A DNA stretch of 37,070 nucleotides, taken from contig NC_069004.1 of assembly GCF_001194135.2 (NCBI RefSeq), forward strand, positions 28,339,310 to 28,376,379, given 5' to 3'. This document shows positions 23,582 through 34,945 of this stretch, piece after piece. The notes beneath the pieces were generated by a model. The model made no database searches. It was not told the DNA's origin and was given only the letters and a program-made list of their open reading frames with translations. The stretch is from Octopus bimaculoides (Eukaryota). A program made the position numbers and the translations under genes. Each line of letters starts with the position of its first letter. Position 1 is the first letter of the stretch.

Positions 23582-24010
23582 AGTGGATGAGATTGAAGGG
23601 GAAGAGGACTTGGAAGGTGAGGGTGGTGAGTGAAGGATAAGCCTGTAAAACAACTGGAGATGGCACTTGCTGTTGGTAATCAAAGATATCTTGGATGGTG
23701 AAGTTCCTTGATTGAACCTAGGCTAAGAGGGTCTTCTGTATCACCTCTTTTAAAAATATTGTCATATCTTGTAAACTTACATTTCAATTTTTGTTTAATC
23801 ATTCCATTGAGTAAAGTCCTACACTCATCTTCCGTCTCCTTGGTGGAAAACAAAAGAAACTTATTATTATTTTAATTTTATTTTTATTATTATTATTATT
23901 ATTATTTACATGGCACCAACAACGACTATGACTACAATGACAGGTGCCATTTGCATGACACCAGGCTATATTATTATTAATAATAATAAAATATATATAT
24001 ATATATACAT

Positions 24011-24222
24011 TGGTGGCTAGGTGCTGTGTGGTAAGAAGCTTGCTTTCCAACCACATGGTTCCAGGTTCAGTTCCACAACGTGGCAACTTGGGCAAGTGTC
24101 TTCTACTATAGCCTCGGGCCGACCAAAGCCTTGTGAGTGGATTTGGTAGACGGAAACTGGAAGAAGCCTGTCGTATATATATATATATATATATATATGT
24201 ATTTGTGTGTCTGTCTTTCCAC
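24011..24222 (+). mobile_element. SINE family B 5' half
   Basis: Head through (TA)n, then abuts the family A copy at 24227. Confidence 0.8.
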
Positions 24223-24226
24223 CATT

Positions 24227-24425
24227 GCTGGCAGAATCATTAGCACGTCGAGCAAAACAATTAGCAGTATTTTGCCCGCCACTGCATTCTGAGTGCAAAT
24301 TCTACTGAGGTCAACTTTGCCTTTCGAGGTTGATGAAATAAGTACCAGTTATGCACTGAGGTTGATGTAATCAACTTACACCTTCCACCGAAATAAAATT
24401 TGAAACCATTATATTATCATTATTA
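24227..24425 (+). mobile_element. SINE family A, CpG-decayed
   Basis: gctggcagaatcattagc head, gaggtcaactttgcc core and aaaatttgaaaccatta end. Confidence 0.75.
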
Positions 24426-24469
24426 CTTTAGTGTAATCGTCTATGTGCATTCATACAGGTGTAAAACGT

Positions 24470-25050
24470 AGGCACGTGTCTTCTACTATAGCCTCGGGCC
24501 AACCAAAGCCTTGTGAGTGGATTTGGTAGACGGAAACCAAAAGAAGCCCATCATATATGTATATATCATTATCGTCGTTTAACATCCGCTTTCCATGCTA
24601 GCATGGGTTGGACGATTTGACTGAGGACTGGTGAAGCCAGATGGCTACACCAGGCTCCAATCTGATCTGGCAGAGTTTCTACAGCTGGATGCCCTTCCTA
24701 ACACCAACCACTACAAGAGNNNNNNNNNNATCTGGCAGAGTTTCTACAGCTGGATGCCCTTCCTAACACCAACCACTACAAGAGTGTAGTGGGTGCTTTC
24801 ACGTGCCACCGACACGAAGGCCAGTCAGGCGGTACTGGCAACGGCCACGCTAAAAATGGTGTATTTTACGTGCCACCTGCACATATATATATGTGTGTGT
24901 GTGTGTGTGTGTATCTGTGTTTGCCCCTCCACCACCGCTTGACAACCTATGTTGGTGTGTTTACGTCCCCATAGCTAAGCGGCTCAGCAAAAGAAGCCGA
25001 CAGAATAAGTACTAGCCTGTCCAGGGGTCAACTTGAAACAAGTAAAAGAG
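24470..25050 (+). mobile_element. SINE family B copy split at its internal microsatellite by another element
   Basis: Head fragment 24470-24565, insert 24566-24882, then (TA)(TG)n and the 3' module to about 25050. Confidence 0.7.
24566..24882 (-). mobile_element. Short retroelement with an RTE-like 3' tail (…gcatggaaagcggatgttaaacgacgataatga); related fragment at ~9655-9790 (+)
   Basis: ggatgcccttcctaacaccaacc motif, whose reverse complement ggcgtttggaagggcatc is present near 9727. Trinucleotide-like tail. Family assignment is from memory. Confidence 0.6.
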
Positions 25051-25374
25051 CACACCTGTATATATGTACGTGCAACTATACACAACACACAATACTCTAT
25101 GCTCATTGTACAGAATACAGGATGCAGTTTTCGGGAGCATCTTCTTCCCACTCTCCTATTGTATTCCTATGTTCCTTCAACATCGAAATCCATCAGACCC
25201 CCACCTCCCCTAACATCTAACAACATTCTAGCAAAACAACCACTGATTTTAATTTCTGATTGAAAAGTGTTTTTTCTTTTTTTTTTTTTCCATTTTATTT
25301 CATTGTTTTTTTTGTAGTTGTTTTTTATATTTAATCTGATTGATTTCTTTATTTTCTTCCTCCTCATCCTTCAG

Positions 25375-25621
25375 CACCTGAAACACTGACCGAGGTTCAA
25401 GTTGTGGAGATGCCAATTATTGACAATGTCTACCCAAAACCAGAATTTATTCCACTTGCCATCCCAGAAGACCTTGCACCACGGCTTCTTCGACTTCACG
25501 GTGACCCTGCCGTATGGTGGATCGGTCAGTTTGTGCGTTATCTAGTACGGCCACAACCAGCCCTAGAAAAAGACATCAATGATACCAAAAAACGGTTGGG
25601 TTTTCAAAACCCTATTGTTGG
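25375..25621 (+). CDS. FUT8: Alpha-(1,6)-fucosyltransferase internal exon (247 bp, phase 1 to 2)
   Basis: cttcag acceptor and GG|gtaagt donor. Frame-compatible with the 10436-10673 exon (C+CA=Pro). Translates [82 protein letters not shown], containing the FUT8 HGDPAVWW motif. Confidence 0.97.
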
Positions 25622-25727
25622 GTAAGTTTGTTGTTGTTATTATTATTGTTTAACCCTTGGTCTGCCTAAAACAAGCAGATATATAATCAAAGTGTTTCAG
25701 CTGTGATCATTTAGCCTTTGCTGGTTT

Positions 25728-25891
25728 AGGCACAGGAGTAGCAGTGTGGTAAAATGCTTGCTTCCCAACCACATGGTTTTGGGTTCAGTCCCACTGCGTG
25801 GCACTTTGGGCAAGTGTCTTCTAATATAGCCTCGGGCCGACCAAAGCCTTGTGAATAGATTTGGTAGATGGAAACTGAAAGAAGACCATCG

Positions 25892-25922
<31 letters not shown>

Positions 25923-26138
25923 GTATTTGTTATTTGTGTTTGTGTTTTTTCTTCCACCATCGCTTGACAACCAATGTTGGTGTGTTTATGTCCCTGTCAA
26001 TTAGCGGTTTGGCAAAAAGAGACCAATAGAATAAGTACTAGGCTTATAAAGAATAAGTCCTGAGGTCAATTTCTTCTACTAAAAACCCTTTAAGGTGGTG
26101 CTCCAGCATGGCTGCAGTCAAATGACTGAAGCAAGTAA
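25728..26138 (+). mobile_element. Full-length bipartite SINE family B (tRNA/CORE-like head, internal (TA)n microsatellite, 3' module) in the 729-bp FUT8 intron
   Basis: gtgtggtaa..cttcccaaccacatgg..gggttcagtccc..cactttgggcaagtgtcttct head; (TA)n; then cgcttgacaacc...gatagaataagtact...cagcatggc.gcagtcaaatgactgaa tail. Confidence 0.87.
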
Positions 26139-26350
26139 GTGAGGGTTGGCAACAGTCTCACCTTTGCAGGCATGGAAAAGGGGACAGAAGAAGATGATGA
26201 TGTATCTATCTGTGGACAATGTACTCTATTTTATCAACAACCTCCTTCTCTTGGCTGGATTTGAACTCAAACTGTACAGAGCCATGACTAAATCTAATTC
26301 AACATTTAATTTATTGTTTATTCATTTTTTGTTTTCTGTCTTTCTTACAG

Positions 26351-26533
26351 CGTCCATGTGCGTCGGACAGACAAAGTTGGTACAGAAGCTGCTTATCACA
26401 GCCTGGAAGAATACATGGCCCATGTAGAAGACTATTACAGACAGTTGGAAATGTCTAAAGGTCATTCTATTGAAACAAAAAAGGTTTACTTGGCATCTGA
26501 CGACCCTAATGTCCTTGCAGATGCTGTGAATAA
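26351..26533 (+). CDS. FUT8: Alpha-(1,6)-fucosyltransferase internal exon (183 bp, phase 2 to 2), GDP-fucose binding motifs; absent from the ORF track
   Basis: tttcttacag acceptor and AA|gtaagt donor. Translates (G)VHVRRTDKVGTEAAYHSLEEYMAHVEDYYRQLEMSKGHSIETKKVYLASDDPNVLADAVN(K), with motif I VHVRRTDK and motif II VYLASDD. Confidence 0.97.
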
Positions 26534-26780
26534 GTAAGTTGGCAACCACATTGCTTTTTATTTAATCACTTCAATGTTTTTGTGTAGCTTTTTTTTTTTC
26601 TGTTCACCGTTTCCTCTCACAGAAATATGTCTATTTACATTTGCATGAGTAATTTCATTTAGAAAATATATAACCTTCACACACTTCATATATAAACACA
26701 CACACACACATATTCGATTGTCGATAGAACATAACTCCGAAATAGAAGCACACTCTAAGTTATAGAGCAACATATCGTAT

Positions 26781-27010
26781 AGATAAAGTTGAATAAGGCC
26801 GGTTTATGGGATTACCTGGGGTTTCACGTTTGTAAAGCGCTTAGCTTTACAGTGTATCGTTAAATCCCAAACCTGTTGGCTTATGGCCTCTCTAGCAAAT
26901 GAAGCCATCAGCCAACAGGTTTGGAATCTGATGATACACTGTGAAACTAAGTGCTTTATGGATGTGAAACTCAGGGTCATCTCATAAACCAGATTTATCT
27001 AACTTTATAT
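26781..27010. repeat. Decayed foldback palindrome (~110-bp arms, 10-nt loop)
   Basis: 26781-26890 aligns to the reverse complement of 26901-27010 (cccaaacctgttggcttatggcctc vs gaagccatcagccaacaggtttggaa); most mismatches are transitions. Confidence 0.85.
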
Positions 27011-27020
27011 ATATGTATAT

Positions 27021-27185
27021 AGGAGCAGGCATGGGATGGTTTCCAAACCACATGGTTCTGGGTTCAGTTCTGCTGTGTGGCACTTTGGACATGTGTCTTC
27101 TACTATAGCCTTGGGCTGACCAAAGCCTTGTGAGTGATTTTGGTAGATGGAAACTGAAAGAAGTCCATCGTGTATATACATATAT
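27021..27185 (+). mobile_element. SINE family B 5' half running into a gap
   Basis: ccacatggttctgggttcagtt..cactttggacatgtgtcttctactatagcc..gaaactgaaagaag, then (TA)n and Ns. Confidence 0.8.
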
Positions 27186-27285
27186 NNNNNNNNNNNNNNN
27201 NNNNNNNNNNNNNNNNNNNNNNNNNNNNNNNNNNNNNNNNNNNNNNNNNNNNNNNNNNNNNNNNNNNNNNNNNNNNNNNNNNNNN

Positions 27286-27324
<39 letters not shown>

Positions 27325-28919
27325 ATGGAGACAAACATCAGTGTTCCAGGTGGCAGGCTTGATAATTGTTTAGGGATTTCTTTCTTAAGAAATCCCTTAA
27401 CATGAAACCAATGGTAGCCTTAACCCATAGATAAAGAATTTTTATCCACCAATGCGGTGTTGAGCACTAGTTCTTGTTTGATACAGACACACACACACAC
27501 ACATAGAGAAAACAGCTAAGCACTATACACATGATATTGAGTACTTTCAATACAGAATTTAGTACACAACAATCAAAACCAAATACTGTATGCAAGCAAG
27601 ACACACAGAGCTGGGTTGAGTTGTGCAGTGAAAGCATAATAAAAATAAGACTATTATAATAATAATAATAATAATAATAATCGTTAACTTCTTGCCTCGT
27701 CATTTCNNNNNNNNNNNNNNNNNNNNNNNNNNNNNNNNNNNNNNNNNNNNNNNNNNNNNNNNNNNNNNNNNNNNNNNNNNNNNNNNNNNNNNNNNNNNNN
27801 NNNNNNNNNNNNNNNNNNNNNNNNNNNNNNNNNNNNNNNNNNNNNNNNNNNNNNNNNNNNNNNNNNNNNNNNNNNNNNNNNNNNNNNNNNNNNNNNNNNN
27901 NNNNNNNNNNNNNNNNNNNNNNNNNNNNNNNNNNNNNNNNNNNNNNNNNNNNNNNNNNNNNNNNNNNNNNNNNNNNNNNNNNNNNNNNNNNNNNNNNNNN
28001 NNNNNNNNNNNNNNNNNNNNNNNNNNNNNNNNNNNNNNNNNNNNNNNNNNNNNNNNNNNNNNNNNNNNNNNNNNNNNNNNNNNNNNNNNNNNNNNNNNNN
28101 NNNNNNNNNNNNNNNNNNNNNNNNNNNNNNNNNNNNNNNNNNNNNNNNNNNNNNNNNNNNNNNNNNNNNNNNNNNNNNNNNNNNNNNNNNNNNNNNNNNN
28201 NNNNNNNNNNNNNNNNNNNNNNNNNNNNNNNNNNNNNNNNNNNNNNNNNNNNNNNNNNNNNNNNNNNNNNNNNNNNNNNNNNNNNNNNNNNNNNNNNNNN
28301 NNNNNNNNNNNNNNNNNNNNNNNNNNNNNNNNNNNNNNNNNNNNNNNNNNNNNNNNNNNNNNNNNNNNNNNNNNNNNNNNNNNNNNNNNNNNNNNNNNNN
28401 NNNNNNNNNNNNNNNNNNNNNNNNNNNNNNNNNNNNNNNNNNNNNNNNNNNNNNNNNNNNNNNNNNNNNNNNNNNNNNNNNNNNNNNNNNNNNNNNNNNN
28501 NNNNNNNNNNNNNNNNNNACATCGTTAAATTAAAAGGTAAAGTTGATTGCAGTTGAATTTGAACTTAAGGAGACAAATTAATTACTAGAACACTTTTAGG
28601 TGGCCTTTTAATGACAATAATCAATATTTCTTTTTGGGGAACAGTGAACCTTGAAGCAGACACAGCATGTCTATATTGGATTAAAAAACTCTTTTGGATA
28701 GAAAATGTACAAGGCTGCCTGTGAACCCAGATCTTCTATCTAGAGGGCTTTTTTCACTCAATATTTACATGCTGTTATTTATAGCTTTATCTGCTTCAAG
28801 TTTCACCATTCAAAAAAAAGAATTGTTTTATATCTCTTGAAGTTTCTAAGTTCTTATGATGTAAATAAATGGGATGGGAGCGCTGGAACTGGTTGTAACA
28901 TTGCATAAATAGATGGGTT

Positions 28920-28951
<32 letters not shown>

Positions 28952-29312
28952 TATATATATTGAGAAGTGACAATTATACCCACTTAAGCATGGATGTTCT
29001 GTTGGAACAAACTATACTGTGGGAGATGCCATAAGAGAAACTCATATTTTAGTGCAAAAATGCATTCTTGTTTATACCACTAAAAGGGAGATAAATCCCT
29101 ACCATCTCCAGCACCAAGACCACCAGGTAGCATGATTTTGACCTTCTTTGGTCTAGTCAAAGATGGATGTTTGACCCCTAGAGATAGCAGTGACTCATGA
29201 TAGAACAACAATGTCAGAATAGGCACTGGTGTCGCGGGTAGCCAGTGAGCTTGTTAAAAAATATGTATTAGCGGCAGTGTTAATACTGAGAGGTAATATC
29301 TATCCCTACTCA

Positions 29313-29470
29313 CGCTGGTTGAAATACTTAACAGTATTTTGTCTGAGCTCAAATTCTGCCGAGGTCGACTTTGCCTTTCATCCTTTCGGGGGTCGATAAA
29401 TTAAGTACCAGTTGCATACTGGAGTCAATCCAATCAACTGGCTTCCTTCCCCCAAAATTTCAGGCCTAGA
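29313..29470 (+). mobile_element. SINE family A fragment
   Basis: Core gaggtcgactttgcctttcatcctttcgggggtcgataaattaagtaccag identical to the 1857 copy. Confidence 0.8.
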
Positions 29471-30131
29471 GTAAACACAGTATATTTATCCCTACTTAAA
29501 CATATTCTGTTATAAGATACTGCAGTAGATACTCTGTGTGTGTGTGTGTGTTATGTGAAGGAGTTAAAGTAAAGAGATTTATTAATCACATGGTTAGAAG
29601 TTCAGGTTTCTTAAGTACATCAGGTTATGGCAAATAGGAAATGGAGCTGTGCTTGATTGGTCACCAGTAAGAAGGGTAACCGACCAGCACTAAAGAAAAT
29701 GTATATGCTCCAACAATTCTTAAGAAAAATATTTAAATTTTCAAAAAACCTCAATACGCATTACCATATGGAACTAGGGATAAAAGACAGTTCACGTGTG
29801 TGTGTGTGTGTATATGTGTGTAGATGCTTTTAAACACACACATATACACAGTAAGTGATCAAAAGCTCTTTATATATGCAAATTTGATAGAGTACATGAT
29901 GGTGAGCTTGATTAACCAGTTTGATGTTGAGCCATAATTCTCTCTTTACTAATGGACAGTCAAATGTTTATGGGTAACCGTGTATATCGCAGTAATCTTC
30001 ACTATAAAGAAACAACCTGGAGCAATGAGCAATGGTTTAACTCTGATTAAGTATGTGCATACTTATGGCCATCTTCAGAAATAATGGGATTATAAATTAG
30101 GATTAAGGTTAAAGTAATGTTAAATTTTATG

Positions 30132-30172
<41 letters not shown>

Positions 30173-30447
30173 GTGTGTGTGTGGGTGTATATAATGGTGA
30201 TGATATGTATAATTTTTTTTTATGGGGACTTTTGAAGTTTTGCATGATGGTTAATGCAGCCAGTCTCAGTGAAAAAAGAATTTTATGTTAAATTTGATTC
30301 TACTTTTAGCATTGAGTTACCCCCTTCAATGAATGCTAATACTCTTAAAATTGCTTTAAAGAAAATTATATATACACACACATACACACAATATATATAC
30401 ACATATAATTATGTAACTGAACACATGTATATACATAGGTGTATGTA

Positions 30448-30478
<31 letters not shown>

Positions 30479-30912
30479 GTTTATATACGTATAAGTACCT
30501 GTATGCTCATATTTGTACATGTAAGCATATAAAATATATCTACATATATATATATACACACATGCAGATATATACATACCCACCATACACATCAATGGGC
30601 TTCTGCAAATTTTTTCATCTCCAAAATTCCACTACAAAGTATTCATTGGTCTATCTTTTAGGCTATTAGAGACAATATTTGCCTGAGATGCTGTGCAGTG
30701 GAGTTGAACCTAAAACCATGTGGTTACAAAGCAAATTCTGCCCCCTCCAGCTATATTTTCATCTATATTGTTGGGGAGTTGAACGTCATGATTAAGCCTA
30801 GAACACCCTGTAATTCCCTGTCGAAGGAAAATATCAATCCATCTTATGATATCAAAGATACACATTCTGTTGATATTTTTCACACAAACATCATAGGTGG
30901 AGGCTGTGTTGG

Positions 30913-31132
30913 CCCTTTAGCAGAGAAATTATTCTCCCAAAAGTTAATCTTCGATATTTATATTGTTTTGAATTTATTACACACTATTTCATAGCTTTTG
31001 CAATTTCAATGATGTGGTGGTTTATTTTACTATTTGAAAATGGCATTGTAGAGTAGGTGTGAGAGGTCAGATATGGCCAGTTTGAACATAAAACAGGTAG
31101 GATATTTTGGGCTGGTTTAAATGCTTAAAGGG
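30913..31132. mobile_element. piggyBac-like (TTAA) MITE, decayed
   Basis: Ends ccctttagca ... tgcttaaaggg followed by TTAA (31133-31136). The left TSD position reads ttgg (two transitions from TTAA). A related end fragment lies near 34870-34892. Confidence 0.6.
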
Positions 31133-32048
31133 TTAAACATGTTCTGCTCTTTACAGCGGTGGTTTCTGCCATGCTGGAGCATCAGAGCTTCATAAAATAA
31201 TAGGTGACAGCAAGCAGCATTTCAATGCTGAAACAAGTAAATAAGGACAGATATATTTCAAATCTAATTGTAACAACTCGTTTGTTACCATATTTCTGGT
31301 TACCAGAAATACAGAAACAAATGGGTTCATGACAAGATTAGTTGATAGGTTCAATTAGAGGATTGGATACAAATGCATTTGCAGTGTTGATCCAAGTTCA
31401 AATCCTGCTGAGATCAAATTTTCTTTTTTTTTTTTTTTCAGTCAGAGTTGATATAAATAATGGAACAATGCAGGCCGGGGCTGCTGGTTGGCAGAATTGT
31501 TAAAGCATTGTCCAGGATGTCTTTGTCTTCTTTAGTTCAAATTCTACAAGGTGTTTATCTATGGAGTTGCATTCATTTTGACCATTGTGTGTAAAAATAA
31601 AAAAACAGGAAATTTGGAAGAAGTTTCTATAAAACTAGTTTTTAAAAAACAAATAGCTATGGGGGTAGGGGTCTACCTGAAGAAAATAATAATCAAAGGG
31701 GTCCATAAGTANNNNNNNNNNNNNNNNNNNNNNNNNNNNNNNNNNNNNNNNNNNNNNNNNNNNNNNNNNNNNNNNNNNNNNNNNNNNNNTCCTAACAACA
31801 TTTCTTAAATTTACAAGGTAGATTTAAACCAGCATTAGATAAGCCGTTTCATATTGAAGCTTCATCTTGGAGTGGATTGAAAACAAAATTGTTGAATGGG
31901 AAGAGAAAGCCAGACAAGCAGGCAGACCTGGTTGGGGAACCGCAATGTGGTACATTGTCATAAATGTGATGTAGGCTAATTAAAAGACCATTGATTTGCC
32001 TGGGGCCACAGTGCTAATTAGGAATTAAATTAGGAGTCTATATGTAGT

Positions 32049-32430
32049 CACAGGTGTGGCTGTGTGGTAAGAAGCTTGCTTCCCAACCACATAGTTCCAG
32101 GTTCAGTCCCACTGCATGGCACCTTGGGCAAGTGTCTTCTACTGTAGCTTTGAACTGACCAAAGCCTTGAGAGAGGATTTGGTAGACAGAAACTGAAAGA
32201 AGCTCATTGTGTATATATATATATGTGTGTGTGTTTGCCTTCCACCACTATTTGACAACTGGTGTTGGTGTGTTTACATCCCTTAAACTTAGTTTAGCAG
32301 AAGAGCTGATAGAATAAGTATCAAGACATATAAAATAGGTACTGGGGTTGACTTATTTGGCTAAAAATTCCTCAGGGTGGGGCCCCAGCTTGGCTGCAGT
32401 CAAATGACTGAAACAAGTAAAAGATAAAAG
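32049..32430 (+). mobile_element. Full-length SINE family B, CpG-decayed
   Basis: Same head / microsatellite / tail architecture as 25728-26138. Confidence 0.85.
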
Positions 32431-34126
32431 ATGTCTCATTAGTTCCCTTTCTGCAGTGGTTCTTAACCCTTCGCTTGTCCCGTGTATCACATCTGATATG
32501 CAGGACATATTTCCTAGCATCCATGCGTCATAGATGTTGCACAAACCAAATTTTTCTCAACCACCTGAGTAACTTGGAGCTTATAAAAAGGGAGCTTCAT
32601 ATTACTCAGGGAAGAGCATATGAGACAAGGGCTACAAAGTGCGAAAACAAGCATGGACAGTTAGGGAAAACTTAAGAAAACGCTTTGGACAGGCAGGATT
32701 TATTTCCCTAGTGTCCATGTGTCATATATGATACATATTCCCAATTGGAATTTAAGAAAAGAAAGCTTTATATTACTGAGAATGTATGGAAGAAGGGCTG
32801 ACGAATAGTCTAAAAACAAGCAGGGACATTTGGGACAGACTTATGAAAATGCCTTGGACAGGCAAAGGGTTGATCTAGGCAGTTTGTAAGCTCAGGGAGG
32901 GTGCAGTAATTATCAAGGATTAAGAGGGACCCTAGGGTTTTTGAAAAATTTGTGGTTTTTCTTAGATAAAATACCTCAACAAGACACAATATTTATATTT
33001 AAACATGCTACAAAAACAATAAATAAATCTTCAGGAATAGAATGCGAGTTGGACATGGAGTTATCAGTGAGGAGCAAAGATGGCTATTGATAATTAATGA
33101 TGATGTAACAAGGTCTTATAAAATTCTGTTATATAAGTCTTTAGTAATTTCCATGAAAACTTAACCTTGTCAGGCTGTGTTCCCACTATAGAGGGTATAA
33201 GTTAAACATCATCCCTGCCAGATTCCTGGCAAAGCAGTCAAGAACACATGTAGGAAAAGAAAATGCAGCTGATTCTCTTCTTTAGTTTGCCAGAAACCAT
33301 TACTCTTGAGCCATACACAGGAAACTAATTGCTTTTTCTTTTTGTTCAGGATCCCAGGTGAAGGGCAAAGTTAGACACAGGGGCCCAGGTCTGAGAGGGT
33401 TAACAGAGGGAGCTTAAGCCCAAAAATATCTAAAAAGAGGCACATATTGGATGAGATATTAGAAGATGATTATATAGATTAATAAACCATTGAAAAAGAT
33501 TAGCTTTTGTTGGATCAAAATAATCTGCTATGGTTTTTTTTTAATTCTTTATTTTCCCCAAACTTTTAGAGAAGAGGGACAGGGGTACCTGTGACCCTTA
33601 ACAGGGCCTCTGAGACTGGTGGAAGGGATGGGGAGGAAGATATTCTCAAACTGGAGACATGGTCTGGATGCTTACAACAGGGTGGCAGGAAGTGGTGTTT
33701 AACTGGACAGTGGATTAAATCTACCACCTGAGTTTGGCCATTGCGGGATTTGAACTCAGAATGCAATGAGCTGGAGTAAATACTGAGAAACAAAACCCAT
33801 CCAGCCCTGACATTTTTACAGTTCTGCCTATCTACCCCCACCAGACTGGTAAATTTTATTTACCCTGGAAAGATGAAATGTAATGTTGACCTTGGTAGGG
33901 TTAGAACCCCAATTGCTGAACATCAGAACAAATACTGCAAAGCATTTTATCCATTGCTCTAATGATTACTAATTCACTGCCAATGGACTGAGTATAACAG
34001 ATGGGAAATAATTAGGTGGGAGATAATTAGTGTAGATTAAGATATTGATTAGATATTAAGATACTAATCACTATGTTGTTGTTAAAGAACAACTACTGTG
34101 AATTGTATTGTGTATGCTGTGAAGGC

Positions 34127-34513
34127 GGAGGCGCAATGGCCCAGTGGTTAGGGCATCGGACTCACGGTCATAGGATCGCGGTTTCGATTCCCAGACCGGG
34201 CGTTGTGAGTGTTTATTGAGCAAAAACACCCAAAAGCTCCACGAGGCTCCGGCAGGGGATGGTGGCGAACCCTGCTGTACTCTTCCACCACAACTTTCTC
34301 TCACTCTTACTTCCTGTTTCTGTTGTGCCTGTAATTCAAAGGGTCAGCCTTGTCACACTGTGTCACGCTGAATCTCCCCGAGAACAACGTTAAGGTTACA
34401 CGTGTCTGTGGAGTGCTCAGCCACTTGCACGTTAATTTCACGAGCAGGCTGTTCTGTTGATTGGATTAACTGGAACCCTCGACGTCGTAAGCGACGGAGT
34501 GCCAACAACAACA
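34127..34513 (+). mobile_element. Full-length, young tRNA-SINE family C1 (387 bp, (CAA)n tail)
   Basis: ggaggcgcaatggcccagtggttaggg A-box and ggtttcgattccc B-box; 13-bp TSD ATGCTGTGAAGGC at 34114-34126 and 34514-34526. Confidence 0.92.
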
Positions 34514-34520
34514 ATGCTGT

Positions 34521-34752
34521 GAAGGCAAATGGCTTAGTGGTTAGGGTGTTGGACCCACGATTGTGAGATTGTGGTTTCAATTCCTGGACTAGGTGATGAG
34601 TTGTGTTCTTGAGCAAAACACTTCGTTTCATTGCTGCCCTATGTCCATTCAGCTGGTAAAAATTAGTAATCCTGTGACAGACTGGCATCCCATCCGGGGA
34701 GGAATATATATGCCAGAAAAGCACGGAAGCAGGCCCTTTTGCTCCTTAACCC
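34521..34752 (+). mobile_element. Older tRNA-SINE (family D) whose head was hit by the C1 copy
   Basis: aatggcttagtggttagggtg..ggtttcaattcc head; cctgtgacagactggcatcccatcc module related to the C2 3' part. Confidence 0.7.
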
Positions 34753-34945
34753 AAGATATTAATTGCTAGTGTTGTTGCTAGAGAACAGTCACTGTGAATT
34801 GTATTACGTATGTTGTTGCTTAGCAACCAAAGATCTACCCCGATCAAGCTGACCCAGTCAGATTTGGTCTGGTTTAAATGCCAAAGGGTCAACCATGAGC
34901 CTGTCATATTAAGCGTATTTGTATAATTACACATCTAAGTCAGAG

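Noticed and set aside
24665-24784. Perfect 55-bp direct repeat (24665-24719 and 24730-24784)
   Set aside because: The copies sit on either side of a 10-N gap and are identical, typical of an unmerged contig overlap rather than a real duplication.
26928-26947. CTGATGA...GAAAC hammerhead-ribozyme-like motif within the palindrome
   Set aside because: Stem II cannot close (U-U at the base) and the motif is not preserved in the opposite arm; likely chance.
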